This document shows positions 55,555 through 64,000 of a stretch of DNA of 64,000 nt, one piece after another. Origin of the DNA: an uncultured Bacteroidota bacterium (GTDB lineage: Bacteria; Bacteroidota; Bacteroidia; 2-12-FULL-35-15); contig CAINDA010000065.1 of assembly GCA_903847205.1 (NCBI GenBank), positions 1,267 through 65,266 of the forward strand, read 5' to 3'. Both the position numbers and the translations under genes were made by a program. Below the pieces are notes generated by a model, which was not told the DNA's origin, ran no database searches, and saw only the letters and a list, made by a program, of their open reading frames with translations. Positions within the stretch are counted from its first letter, which is position 1. Every line of letters starts with the position of its first letter.

Positions 55555-58161
55555 TTAATTCCCAAACTGAAAGCCTAAACTTCCTCCTGCTGATCGGCTG
55601 CTTACCGTTTCAAATTCTTTTACATCGCTGAATAGTAATGTTTCCAAATCTTTTTTTGTACGAAGCGAAGAAGCAATTTCGGATAAGCGCAGATTTTGAT
55701 TTTTAATTGCTTCTTCTATTGTCTGCCTGACTGTGCGCGCGTTGCCAAAATATTTATCGCGGGTATTATACAAATGAGTAAAATATTTCTGCAGATGCGC
55801 AGCAGCCTCCTCATCAGGAGTGATTTTTTCTTTTGCTAAAATTGCAACCCCAATCAAATACATTTCTTCAGGTGAATAATCTTTGAAAATAAAAGTCCTG
55901 TCGAAACGTGATTTTAAGCCGGGATTAGAATCCAAAAACTCATTCATTTTATCGGGATAACCAGCTGCAATAATTCCAAACTGACCGCGCATATCTTCCA
56001 TCCGTTTCAAAATTATCTGCACGGCTTCCTGTCCGAAATCATTGTCTCCAGACCTTCCTGACAAGGCATACGCTTCATCAATAAATAAAATACCGCCGAT
56101 TGCTGCATCAATTTTTTCTGCAGTTTTAATGGCTGTCTGCCCAACAAAGCCCGCCACAAGCCCTTCTCTGTCAACTTCAACAACATGGCCTTTTTCCAAT
56201 AGTCCCAGCCCCTTATATATTTTAGCAATTATCCGTGCCATGGTTGTTTTGCCGGTTCCCGGATTGCCTGTAAATATGCTGTGCAGCGAAAACTTATTGA
56301 GCACATCCCTTCCTGTTTCTTTATAAAAACGAACCAGTTTTACAAGTTCATTTATTTCTTCCTTAATGTTATTCATGCCTGTAAGGGCATTCAATTCAGC
56401 TAATCCTTCCTTCAGAAGTTTTTCATTAATGTCTAATTTTAATTTCTTTTTGCCTCGTCCTTCAAATACTTTTTCGAAATCGACAAGCTCAACAGTAGAA
56501 AGCACTTCATTCGAAAGCTCAGCTACGTCAGCTTGATTCATTAAACGAAGGCCAAGGTTCATTTTTGCTTCATCAATAACAGAATATACATAGCGGGCAT
56601 TTCCGAAAGCATTGTCGCGAATGCGGTAGGCTTCAACAAACATCTCGTCCATGTATGTTTTTGCCTCGCTGGTAATTGTTATATCCTTTTTCCTGCCCGC
56701 GAGTTCAGCTATCAATGACAGCTCCTCAGGAAGGTAATCTTCAAAATTAAAATAATGGCTGAACCTCGATTTTAATCCTGGGTTTGATTCAATAAAATTG
56801 GCCATTTGTTTTGGATAGCCGGCACACATAATTGCGATATCACCTGTTCCGTCCGACATTTCTTTCAGCAGAATTTCCAGCACCTCATGCCCGAAATCAT
56901 TCGAATCTTCTTTTGTTCTTGTGAGCGAATAAGCTTCATCAATAAATAAAATACCGCCTTTAGCTTCTTCAATTACCTTTTTAACTTTTGGCGCGGTTTG
57001 CCCGATGTATGACGCAACAAGGTCGGAGCGGTCAACTTCTTTTACATGGCCCTTTGAGAGGAGTCCCATTTTTTTATAAAGCCGTCCTAGCATATTTACA
57101 ACGGTGGTTTTTCCTGTTCCGGGATTGCCGGTGAAAATACTGTGAAGGCTTAATTTTCCTCCATCTTCAAAGCCTTTCTCTTTTCGCAGTTTAATAAAAT
57201 TAATATAATTAATATGGTTGCGGATATTTTTTTTCACTTCATCCAAACCAATTAATTCATCTAATTTCACAAGCAGCTGTTCGATGGTTTCTTCACTGCC
57301 GGAGTCAGGGGCGGGGATAGTTGAATGAGCCTGTTCGGCAATAGTGAAGGGCTGCACAACACCTTCCTCACTTACATCTCCCATTTCAAAAGGAACAAGA
57401 GCAACAAGGGTATCCATAAACACAATCTCTATGGTATATTTATCATCTTTCCATGATCCGGAAAGTTCACTTCCCCAGCCGGCATCAAATGTATAAATCA
57501 AATCCTGCTTTCCTTTTTCTATAAAGCCAGTGCGGGTTGTCTGGCCTTTCGGCTGGCCCGCATCATCATAAAAATTAAAGAAAAATTCATAATTCCAATC
57601 AACGGCAGTTTTTGTTTTCAGCTTAAATTCTACCCATAAATAAGGCGTTTCATTGCGGTTGAGTTTCTTAAAATAGGTTCTTTCTTTTATTGCCCATCCG
57701 TCGGATTTACCGGAAAATAATTTTACTGATTCAACAGAAAAATATAGATTTGAGGAGACAGTTACTTTTCCGGCATCTTCAATAAAAAAATTTCTGGAAC
57801 CGACAACTTCATCGTCAATATATGCTTCCCAGCAGTAATCGCCTTTAGTCCAAAATGTGCCTTCCGTCGCATTTCCCCATCCATCACGCATATACACAAT
57901 GTTGTCTTCTGTTTTTACGGCAACAGGCAGGTCAATACTGCATAGTTCAGTGCGTTTTCCGGCGAGTAAAGAAAAAGCTTTAAGAGTAACTTTTGCACTC
58001 CAGTCCTGTTCATCAAACAATTTATTATAAAAAGAAAACTCAGCGCGTATGTACGTAGTTTCCATTCTGTCAAATACTGTCCTGTATTTTTTTGTAGCAT
58101 TGGCCATCCATTCATCGGATGAAAATATTTTTATCTCTTTGAACTTATAATTTTTCGGCAT
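55555..58161 (-). CDS. Tandem AAA+ ATPase (two CbbX/SpoVK-type AAA modules) with ~290-aa N-terminal domain of unknown function
   Basis: Two near-identical modules are present: 'LHSIFTGNPGTGKTTV…LGLLSKGHVKEVDRSDLVA.YIGQTA.K…GGILFIDEAY.L' and 'LHSIFTGNPGTGKTTMARIIAKIYKGLGLLEKGHVVEVDREGLVAGFVGQTAIK…GGILFIDEAYAL'. Confidence 0.8.
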   Translation of the reverse strand: MPKNYKFKEIKIFSSDEWMANATKKYRTVFDRMETTYIRAEFSFYNKLFDEQDWSAKVTLKAFSLLAGKRTELCSIDLPVAVKTEDNIVYMRDGWGNATEGTFWTKGDYCWEAYIDDEVVGSRNFFIEDAGKVTVSSNLYFSVESVKLFSGKSDGWAIKERTYFKKLNRNETPYLWVEFKLKTKTAVDWNYEFFFNFYDDAGQPKGQTTRTGFIEKGKQDLIYTFDAGWGSELSGSWKDDKYTIEIVFMDTLVALVPFEMGDVSEEGVVQPFTIAEQAHSTIPAPDSGSEETIEQLLVKLDELIGLDEVKKNIRNHINYINFIKLRKEKGFEDGGKLSLHSIFTGNPGTGKTTVVNMLGRLYKKMGLLSKGHVKEVDRSDLVASYIGQTAPKVKKVIEEAKGGILFIDEAYSLTRTKEDSNDFGHEVLEILLKEMSDGTGDIAIMCAGYPKQMANFIESNPGLKSRFSHYFNFEDYLPEELSLIAELAGRKKDITITSEAKTYMDEMFVEAYRIRDNAFGNARYVYSVIDEAKMNLGLRLMNQADVAELSNEVLSTVELVDFEKVFEGRGKKKLKLDINEKLLKEGLAELNALTGMNNIKEEINELVKLVRFYKETGRDVLNKFSLHSIFTGNPGTGKTTMARIIAKIYKGLGLLEKGHVVEVDREGLVAGFVGQTAIKTAEKIDAAIGGILFIDEAYALSGRSGDNDFGQEAVQIILKRMEDMRGQFGIIAAGYPDKMNEFLDSNPGLKSRFDRTFIFKDYSPEEMYLIGVAILAKEKITPDEEAAAHLQKYFTHLYNTRDKYFGNARTVRQTIEEAIKNQNLRLSEIASSLRTKKDLETLLFSDVKEFETVSSRSAGGSLGFQFGN

Positions 58162-58479
58162 AACAAAATCTGTTTTATTGATATAGCTAAATTAAAAAAA
58201 ATATAATTGATACAAGGATTTGCCGGCATTAATAAACGAAAGAGGAACATGTATGTAATGCAGGAATCAAACCGAAATTCAGATTTTTGCGGTTTGTGGA
58301 AAATTGTTTCTTTTTGCATAAATGCCTTCACATTTCAGAAAGTGGAAGTTTAAGGAAGAGAGAGGTACAGAAATTTTTAGCGCAGAAATAGTACTCACAT
58401 TTCAAAAAAAGGAGCGGATTTTAAGAATAAATTCAGGCTTAAAAACGAAGGGCAGGCAGATTTTTTTAAAGTTATAAAT

Positions 58480-59481
58480 TTATTGAATCATAGTTTGTAA
58501 ATCCGTATACGCCTGCTGTGTTTCTTTTTCAATTCTTTCTACTATCACTTTGCAGGGAAGAATATCTTCAATCAGTTCAACGCTTTGTCCGGCGCACCAC
58601 AGTGTATTATAGTTGCCGGGTTTAACCGACTTTTCAAGTTTTTTCATCCCGCTCAGCTGCACCCACATCTTAAAATATTTTTTTGTTCTGGAATTATTTG
58701 ATAATGATCTCTCCATCCAATTTTGTTTGTAACCGATTTTTTTTGCAAAGGGTGTATTGATGATTGTGCAGGGTGTTCCGGATATTTTTTCAGTAAGAAC
58801 TATGTCATGCATTTTTGAATCTACAATTGCTTTTTTATAATCATCGCTTACTGAAGCCTCTGTACATGCTATAAAGCGCGTGCCCATTGAAACGCCGGCA
58901 GCACCTAAGGCAAGCATTGATAATATTCCCGCGCCGTTCGCAACTCCGCCGGCAGCAATAACAGGAGTATTTGGAAATTTATGCTGTAATGAAGGAACCA
59001 ATATCTGCAGCGGATTGGGGCCAGCATGTCCGCCGGCACCCTGTCCTACAGCTATGAAGCCGTCACAGCCTAACTCAAAACATTTTTGTGCATGTGCAAG
59101 ATTTGTAACATCGCAAAATACCTTAGCGCCGTAGCTATGTGCCTGCTCAATTACTTCTTTTGGGCTTCCCAAAGAAGTAATATAAAAAGGTACTTTTTTT
59201 GCAACACAAATTTTTAAATGTTTTTCGAAAAGAGGATTTGTTTTTTGAACGATTAAATTTATACCGTAAGTTCCCTTGACAGTCAATTTGCTTTTTTCGA
59301 TATTCAATTTATCCAGCAGTTCCTCCAGTTCACTGTCCTTTCTGTAATTTAAACTCGGAAAAGAGCCTGCAATACCGCTCTTCATGCCGGCCGTAACCAT
59401 TGCTTCATTACTTACCAAAAACATGGGTGCCATTATCAGCGGGAAATCAATGTTTAACAGCTCTGTAAGTTTTGTCTTCAT
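58480..59481 (-). CDS. NAD(P)H-dependent flavin oxidoreductase, nitronate monooxygenase/FabK-like (enoyl-ACP reductase II family)
   Basis: Starting at the internal Met 'MKTKLTELLNIDFPLIMAPM' gives a typical NMO N-terminus ('I..PII.APM'). The segment 'GQGAGGHAG' is present. Confidence 0.7.
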   Translation of the reverse strand: MKTKLTELLNIDFPLIMAPMFLVSNEAMVTAGMKSGIAGSFPSLNYRKDSELEELLDKLNIEKSKLTVKGTYGINLIVQKTNPLFEKHLKICVAKKVPFYITSLGSPKEVIEQAHSYGAKVFCDVTNLAHAQKCFELGCDGFIAVGQGAGGHAGPNPLQILVPSLQHKFPNTPVIAAGGVANGAGILSMLALGAAGVSMGTRFIACTEASVSDDYKKAIVDSKMHDIVLTEKISGTPCTIINTPFAKKIGYKQNWMERSLSNNSRTKKYFKMWVQLSGMKKLEKSVKPGNYNTLWCAGQSVELIEDILPCKVIVERIEKETQQAYTDLQTMIQ

Positions 59482-59593
59482 TTTCGAAAAATTATTGTGA
59501 TGAATTAGTAAAAATAGTTTATTTTTGGATAGTTTCAAAAGTACAAAATTTAGTACAGCAGAGTATTAATTAAATATTTAAAACAATTCAATT

Positions 59594-61360
59594 ATGGCAG
59601 TTACTCGGGTATTCGACATCATTCCTCAATTACTTGAAAAGTATAATAAACCAAACGCATTGGCTGCAAAAGAAAATAACCAGTGGGTAACTTATTCAAC
59701 GCAGCAATTTGCTGATTCAGTAAATTATCTCAGTTACGGCTTGTTTGGTATGGGTATCGAGCGCGAAGAAAAAATTGCCATTATTTCAAACAACCGCCCC
59801 GAGTGGAATTTTGCGGATTATGCAATCCAGCAGTGCGGCGCAGTGAGTGTGCCTATTTATCCTACGATCAGCGAAAGTGATTTGAATTTTATTTTACACG
59901 ATGCTAAAATAAAATACATTTTTGTTTCAAGTGCTGAAATTTATAAAAAAGTAAAAGCTTCAGCGGCAAATGCTCCCAGTGTTAAAGAAATTTATACGTT
60001 TAATAAAATTGAAGGTGCAAAGCACTGGACAGAATTAGTTGAATCGGGCAAAAAAAATCCCAAAGTTTCCGAAATTGAAGCAATTAAAAATTCGATTAAA
60101 CCAAACGATTTATTAACTATACTTTATACTTCCGGCACTACAGGAAACCCCAAAGGAGTAATGCTTTCGCATAATAATTTATTGAGCAATTCTTTTGCCT
60201 CACAGTATCTCTGCCCTTTTCAAAGTTCATGGAAAGCTTTAAGTTTTTTACCCTTGAATCACGTATATGAGCGGATGCTTACTACCTTATATTTGTATTT
60301 GGGTATTTCTATTTATTATGCCGAAAGTATTGATACAATTGGTGCTAATTTAAAAGAAGTAAAGCCGGAAGTGTTTTCGACGGTTCCCCGCTTACTTGAA
60401 AAAGTTTATGATAAAATTGTTACAGCAGGTGCTGATTTAACCGGTCTGAAAAAGAAATTATTTTTCTGGGCTTTAAACCTAGGACTGCGTTATGAGCTGA
60501 ATGGCGCTAATGGATGGTGGTATGAGCTGCAGTTGAAAATTGCAAGGAATCTGATATTCTCCAAATGGAAAGAAGCATTGGGCGGAAATATTGTAGCAGC
60601 AGTATCAGGCGGTGCAGCTTTGCAGCCAAGGTTATCACGCGTATTCAACGCGGCGGGTATCCCTGTATTGGAAGGTTACGGCCTTACAGAAACATCCCCC
60701 GTTATTGCTGTTAACAGCTTTCAACCCAATGGCATCCGCTTTGGAACTGTAGGTGCTGTGATTGACGGCGTTACCGTTAAAATTGCTGAAGACGGGGAAA
60801 TATTAGTAAAAGGTCCGAACGTAATGCTTGGTTATTATAACCGTCCGGATGCAACAGCAGAGGCTATTGACGGCGAAGGCTGGTTTCATTCAGGCGATAT
60901 TGGTATGTTTGAGGAAGGACGTTTTTTAAAAATAACCGACCGCAAAAAAGAAATTTTTAAAACGTCGGGAGGCAAATATATTGCACCGATGATGATAGAA
61001 AATAAACTTCAGGAATCACCTTTTATTGAGCAGGCAATGGTTATTGGTGAAAACCAAAAATTTGCATCAGCTCTTATTGTTCCTTCTTTTGCATTATTAA
61101 AAGACTGGTGTTCAAAAAACGGCATCACCTGCACAAGCAATGAAGCAATGATAAAAAATGAGGCTGTGAGAAAACGTATTGCCGAAGAAGTTGAAAACAC
61201 AAATAAGGAATTGGCTCAATACGAAAAAATTAAACGTCCGCAATTACTGCCCCGCGAATGGTCGATTGAAAGAGGTGAGATGACTCCTAAACTTTCGTTT
61301 AAACGCAAAGTGATAATGGGAGCTAACAAAGAATTAATAGATAAAATTTACGGAGAATAA
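59594..61360 (+). CDS. Long-chain fatty acid--CoA ligase (AMP-dependent synthetase)
   Basis: AMP-binding motif 'ILYTSGTTGNPKGVMLSHNN'. 'GYGLTETS' and 'WFHSGDIG' are also present. Confidence 0.85.
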   Translation: MAVTRVFDIIPQLLEKYNKPNALAAKENNQWVTYSTQQFADSVNYLSYGLFGMGIEREEKIAIISNNRPEWNFADYAIQQCGAVSVPIYPTISESDLNFILHDAKIKYIFVSSAEIYKKVKASAANAPSVKEIYTFNKIEGAKHWTELVESGKKNPKVSEIEAIKNSIKPNDLLTILYTSGTTGNPKGVMLSHNNLLSNSFASQYLCPFQSSWKALSFLPLNHVYERMLTTLYLYLGISIYYAESIDTIGANLKEVKPEVFSTVPRLLEKVYDKIVTAGADLTGLKKKLFFWALNLGLRYELNGANGWWYELQLKIARNLIFSKWKEALGGNIVAAVSGGAALQPRLSRVFNAAGIPVLEGYGLTETSPVIAVNSFQPNGIRFGTVGAVIDGVTVKIAEDGEILVKGPNVMLGYYNRPDATAEAIDGEGWFHSGDIGMFEEGRFLKITDRKKEIFKTSGGKYIAPMMIENKLQESPFIEQAMVIGENQKFASALIVPSFALLKDWCSKNGITCTSNEAMIKNEAVRKRIAEEVENTNKELAQYEKIKRPQLLPREWSIERGEMTPKLSFKRKVIMGANKELIDKIYGE

Positions 61361-61400
61361 AAGAGATGCCTGAAACGTAATTCAATTGATCAAGATTAAA

Positions 61401-62366
61401 TCAATAATATTTTTTTTCTGTTAAATAATTCTGAACATAATCCTTTACGCCTTCTTCCAAAGAATAAAATTGGGCTGAATAGCCGATTGCTTTCAGCTTA
61501 CTCATATTGGCTTCTGTGAAATATTGATATTTTTCGCGGATGTCAGCTGGTGTATCTATAAATTCAATATTTGGTTCAATATTAAGCGAGGCAAAAGTGT
61601 TTGTTGCCAAATCTAAAAACGTCCTTGCTCTCCCTGATCCCAGATTATAAATGCCCGAATCTTTGCGGTGATGCAGTAAAAAATAACATACTGATGTTAC
61701 ATCTTTTACATATACAAAATCGCGCAGCTGCCCGCCATCCTTATAATTTGGATTGTGTGACCGAAATAATTTGACAAGTCCTTTTTCCTGAATCTGATTA
61801 TAGGCGTGAAGAATAACTGATGCCATTCGTCCTTTATGATATTCATTAGGACCGTAAACATTAAAGAATTTTAGACCTGTCCAGAAATACGGTTTCTTTT
61901 CTTGCAGCAATGCCCATTTATCAAAATCATTTTTTGAATCGCCGTAAGGATTCAGCGGTTTTAATTTTGCGATTATTTCTTCTTTATCGTCATAGCCGAA
62001 TTCTCCCATACCATATGTTGCAGCGGAGGATGCATACACTAAAGGGAGTCCGAATTCGACACATAATTTCCAAACATCTTTTGAATAATTCAAATTGAGT
62101 TTATCAAAAATTTCTTTATTGAACTCGGTTGTATCTGTGCGGGCACCAAGGTGGAAAACAAATTGAACAAGGCGCTGGTTTACATGCAGCCACTGAATAA
62201 AATCATCGCGATGAATTTTCTGCGAATATTTTTTACCCTCCAGATTTTTCATCTTTTGCAAATCAGAAAAATCATCAACAAGAATAATGTCGGTAAAACC
62301 TTCCTGGTTAAGCCTGCTTACTAAACAGCTTCCGATAAAGCCTGCAGCACCTGTTACTATAATCAT
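61401..62366 (-). CDS. hldD: ADP-L-glycero-D-manno-heptose 6-epimerase
   Basis: Starts 'MIIVTGAAGFIGSCLVSRLNQEGFTDIILVDDF', the HldD-type Rossmann N-terminus. Its 321-aa length is typical of HldD. Confidence 0.75.
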   Translation of the reverse strand: MIIVTGAAGFIGSCLVSRLNQEGFTDIILVDDFSDLQKMKNLEGKKYSQKIHRDDFIQWLHVNQRLVQFVFHLGARTDTTEFNKEIFDKLNLNYSKDVWKLCVEFGLPLVYASSAATYGMGEFGYDDKEEIIAKLKPLNPYGDSKNDFDKWALLQEKKPYFWTGLKFFNVYGPNEYHKGRMASVILHAYNQIQEKGLVKLFRSHNPNYKDGGQLRDFVYVKDVTSVCYFLLHHRKDSGIYNLGSGRARTFLDLATNTFASLNIEPNIEFIDTPADIREKYQYFTEANMSKLKAIGYSAQFYSLEEGVKDYVQNYLTEKKYY

Positions 62367-62439
62367 ACTTTATGAATTGCGAATTTTTACGAATTATGAA
62401 TCTTTGTCTTATCTTTTATGATTTTTTTATCTGCCTGAG

Positions 62440-63303
62440 TCATAGTTCTGTCCCTGCTGATATATCAGGAGAGATAAATATTTCCTCCTCAATTTTATTA
62501 ATCACACCAAGCTCCTGTGCTTTGCCAAATAATAATTTTATCGCACGTTTACCTTCCTCACCAAGGTCAACAGAATAATTATTTACATATAAATTAATAT
62601 GTTTATACATTATCTCCTCGCTCATTTCCTGCGCATGGGCTTTTACAAAGCTAAGGCTTGATTCAGGGTTTGCAAATGCATACTCAACGCTTTTGCGGAT
62701 AACACGATTTACTTTTTGTTTCATTTCATCAGGAAAGCTTCGCTTGATTACAATACCTCCTAATGGAATAGGCAGTTTTGTCAGCGTTTCCCAATATTCA
62801 CCGAGATCAATTATTTTTTGCAGCCCTTTTTGTTCGTATGTAAAACGATTTTCGTGAATGATTAATCCGGCATCTGCAATTCCGTCTAAAACTGAATTTT
62901 CAATATCAGAAAAAAGCATTACTATTTTATTTTCAGCATCCGGAAAAGCCAGCGACAAAAGGAAGTTAGCGGTTGTATATTTTCCTGGAATTGCAATAAC
63001 TGCAGTATCTAAATCAGCAGTCTTAAACCCCGGATTAGAAATCAATAATGGCCCGCATCCGTTCCCTAGTGCACTTCCCGCATGCAGCAACTGGTAGTAT
63101 TTTGTGAGATAGGCATAAGCATGATAACTCAATTTCGTAATATCCAGTTCAGAGCGAAATGCCTTTTGATTAAGACTTTCCACATCTTCCATTACCATTT
63201 CAAACTGCAGGTCTTCGGTATCAATTTTGCCGTGGATTAATGCATCAAAAATAAAGCAGTCATTTGGGCAGGGGCTGAAACCTAAAGTTAGTTTGGAGTT
63301 CAA
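62440..63303 (-). CDS. mqnD: 1,4-dihydroxy-6-naphthoate synthase (futalosine pathway MqnD)
   Basis: N-terminal 'LTLGFSPCPNDCFIFDAL' gives the MqnD 'SPCPND' signature rather than the MqnA pattern. The start codon is TTG. The gene is adjacent to mqnB. Confidence 0.65.
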   Translation of the reverse strand: MNSKLTLGFSPCPNDCFIFDALIHGKIDTEDLQFEMVMEDVESLNQKAFRSELDITKLSYHAYAYLTKYYQLLHAGSALGNGCGPLLISNPGFKTADLDTAVIAIPGKYTTANFLLSLAFPDAENKIVMLFSDIENSVLDGIADAGLIIHENRFTYEQKGLQKIIDLGEYWETLTKLPIPLGGIVIKRSFPDEMKQKVNRVIRKSVEYAFANPESSLSFVKAHAQEMSEEIMYKHINLYVNNYSVDLGEEGKRAIKLLFGKAQELGVINKIEEEIFISPDISAGTEL

Positions 63304-63403
63304 AGTTCAGAGTTTAAAGTTCAAAGTTTGGAGTTGGTGTTCATTCTTTAATCAATTCTGGAATTTGAAGAGAAGTTTATTTCATTTTCAAATCAGAACA
63401 GTA

Positions 63404-64000
63404 TCAAATTATCAAATCGTCTAGTATTTCTAAAACCTTTTTATTCAAATTTTCAATTGCCAAAGGAATATTCCAGCTTTCTTTATTTCTGCGCTCTACA
63501 TAATTAGATACAGCGCGTATCTGTGCGTAAGGCACTCTCTCTTGTTCACAGGCAAACATAAATGCTGCGCCTTCCATGCTTTCAACAATCGGATGAAATT
63601 TGTGAACTGCTTTTTCAATGCTGTTCTCATTTCCATGAACTGTATTTACAGTTATCCCGTTAACTTTTGGCAGCAACTCAATCAAATGTTTGGAAAAAAA
63701 ATCACGACGGCTGTGTGAACCATTATTTATAACCGTTGGAGCGCCTTTTAAATTTAATTCATCCAGGGTCAAAAAAGTATCTCCGTCTTCAGCGCCTAAT
63801 TCCGAAAAGCAGTCGGAAGTTATATTAACAACATCCCCGATTTCGAGATTTGCATTGAAGCTTCCGCAGATTCCGGTATTTAAAGCAAAATCGTAGGAAG
63901 CATTTAATTTTTTTCCAACATAATAAGCTGTTGGAACCATGCCCATTCCTGTAATCAAAATATCTATTTCTGAATTTTTATACTTTAAGCTTATGAAGTG
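63404..64000 (-). CDS. mqnB: Futalosine hydrolase (MqnB), 5' end runs off the window
   Basis: Shows the PNP/MTA-nucleosidase fold motifs 'ILITGMGMV' and 'SMEGAAFMFACEQERVPYAQIRAVSNYV'. The frame stays open through base 64000. The gene sits next to mqnD. Confidence 0.6.
   Translation of the reverse strand, partial: HFISLKYKNSEIDILITGMGMVPTAYYVGKKLNASYDFALNTGICGSFNANLEIGDVVNITSDCFSELGAEDGDTFLTLDELNLKGAPTVINNGSHSRRDFFSKHLIELLPKVNGITVNTVHGNENSIEKAVHKFHPIVESMEGAAFMFACEQERVPYAQIRAVSNYVERRNKESWNIPLAIENLNKKVLEILDDLII

Noticed and set aside
55347-55565. 72-aa minus-strand ORF 'MGINRSRSIFIQTQTIFIRSRSIF…'
   Set aside because: It is a periodic translation of the 21-bp tandem repeat and not a plausible protein.
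63304-63350. Short AGTT(C/T)(A/G)(A/G) 7-mer repeats immediately upstream of the mqnD TTG start
   Set aside because: This is a low-complexity AT-rich promoter region. It is too short and degenerate to call.

Overview
This is an AT-rich Bacteroidota-type chromosomal window. I infer the phylum from eight proteins that carry type IX secretion (T9SS) C-terminal sorting domains, of both type A (Por_Secre_tail-like) and type B (gliding-motility CTD-like).

Most of the window is ordinary chromosome. Recognisable housekeeping genes are CvpA, a sterol-desaturase-family hydroxylase, dCMP deaminase, an S41 C-terminal processing protease, PurL, an APC amino-acid permease, an FabK/NMO-like reductase, an acyl-CoA synthetase, HldD, and the futalosine-pathway genes MqnD and MqnB.

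Three regions stand out:
- **~1.96–6.5 kb, integron-like cassette array.** Five small, unrelated, co-oriented ORFs are each punctuated by a long imperfect palindrome with CTAAC…GTTAG termini, which is what integron attC recombination sites look like. No integrase or attI is visible in the window, so this would be a CALIN-like array. The array ends in five copies of a 61-bp tandem repeat.
- **26.7–40.2 kb, duplicated two-gene module.** A small secreted protein gene is followed by a giant SprB-like T9SS adhesin of 1717 aa, and the same arrangement repeats with a 2388-aa adhesin. The two adhesins share a Cys-rich N-terminal head.
- **13.7–18.0 kb, minus-strand operon.** A giant fold-I Orn/Lys/Arg decarboxylase is followed by an ATP-grasp ligase. 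Five direct TGGATGTT repeats sit upstream.

Other oddities:
- a nested perfect-palindrome element at 8.6–8.8 kb;
- about ten tandem 21-bp repeats behind a double-AAA+ ATPase gene;
- a TPR–OMP–TPR paralog sandwich;
- a polytopic-membrane::M23 peptidase fusion.

All functional calls come from motif recognition by eye. No database searches were possible.
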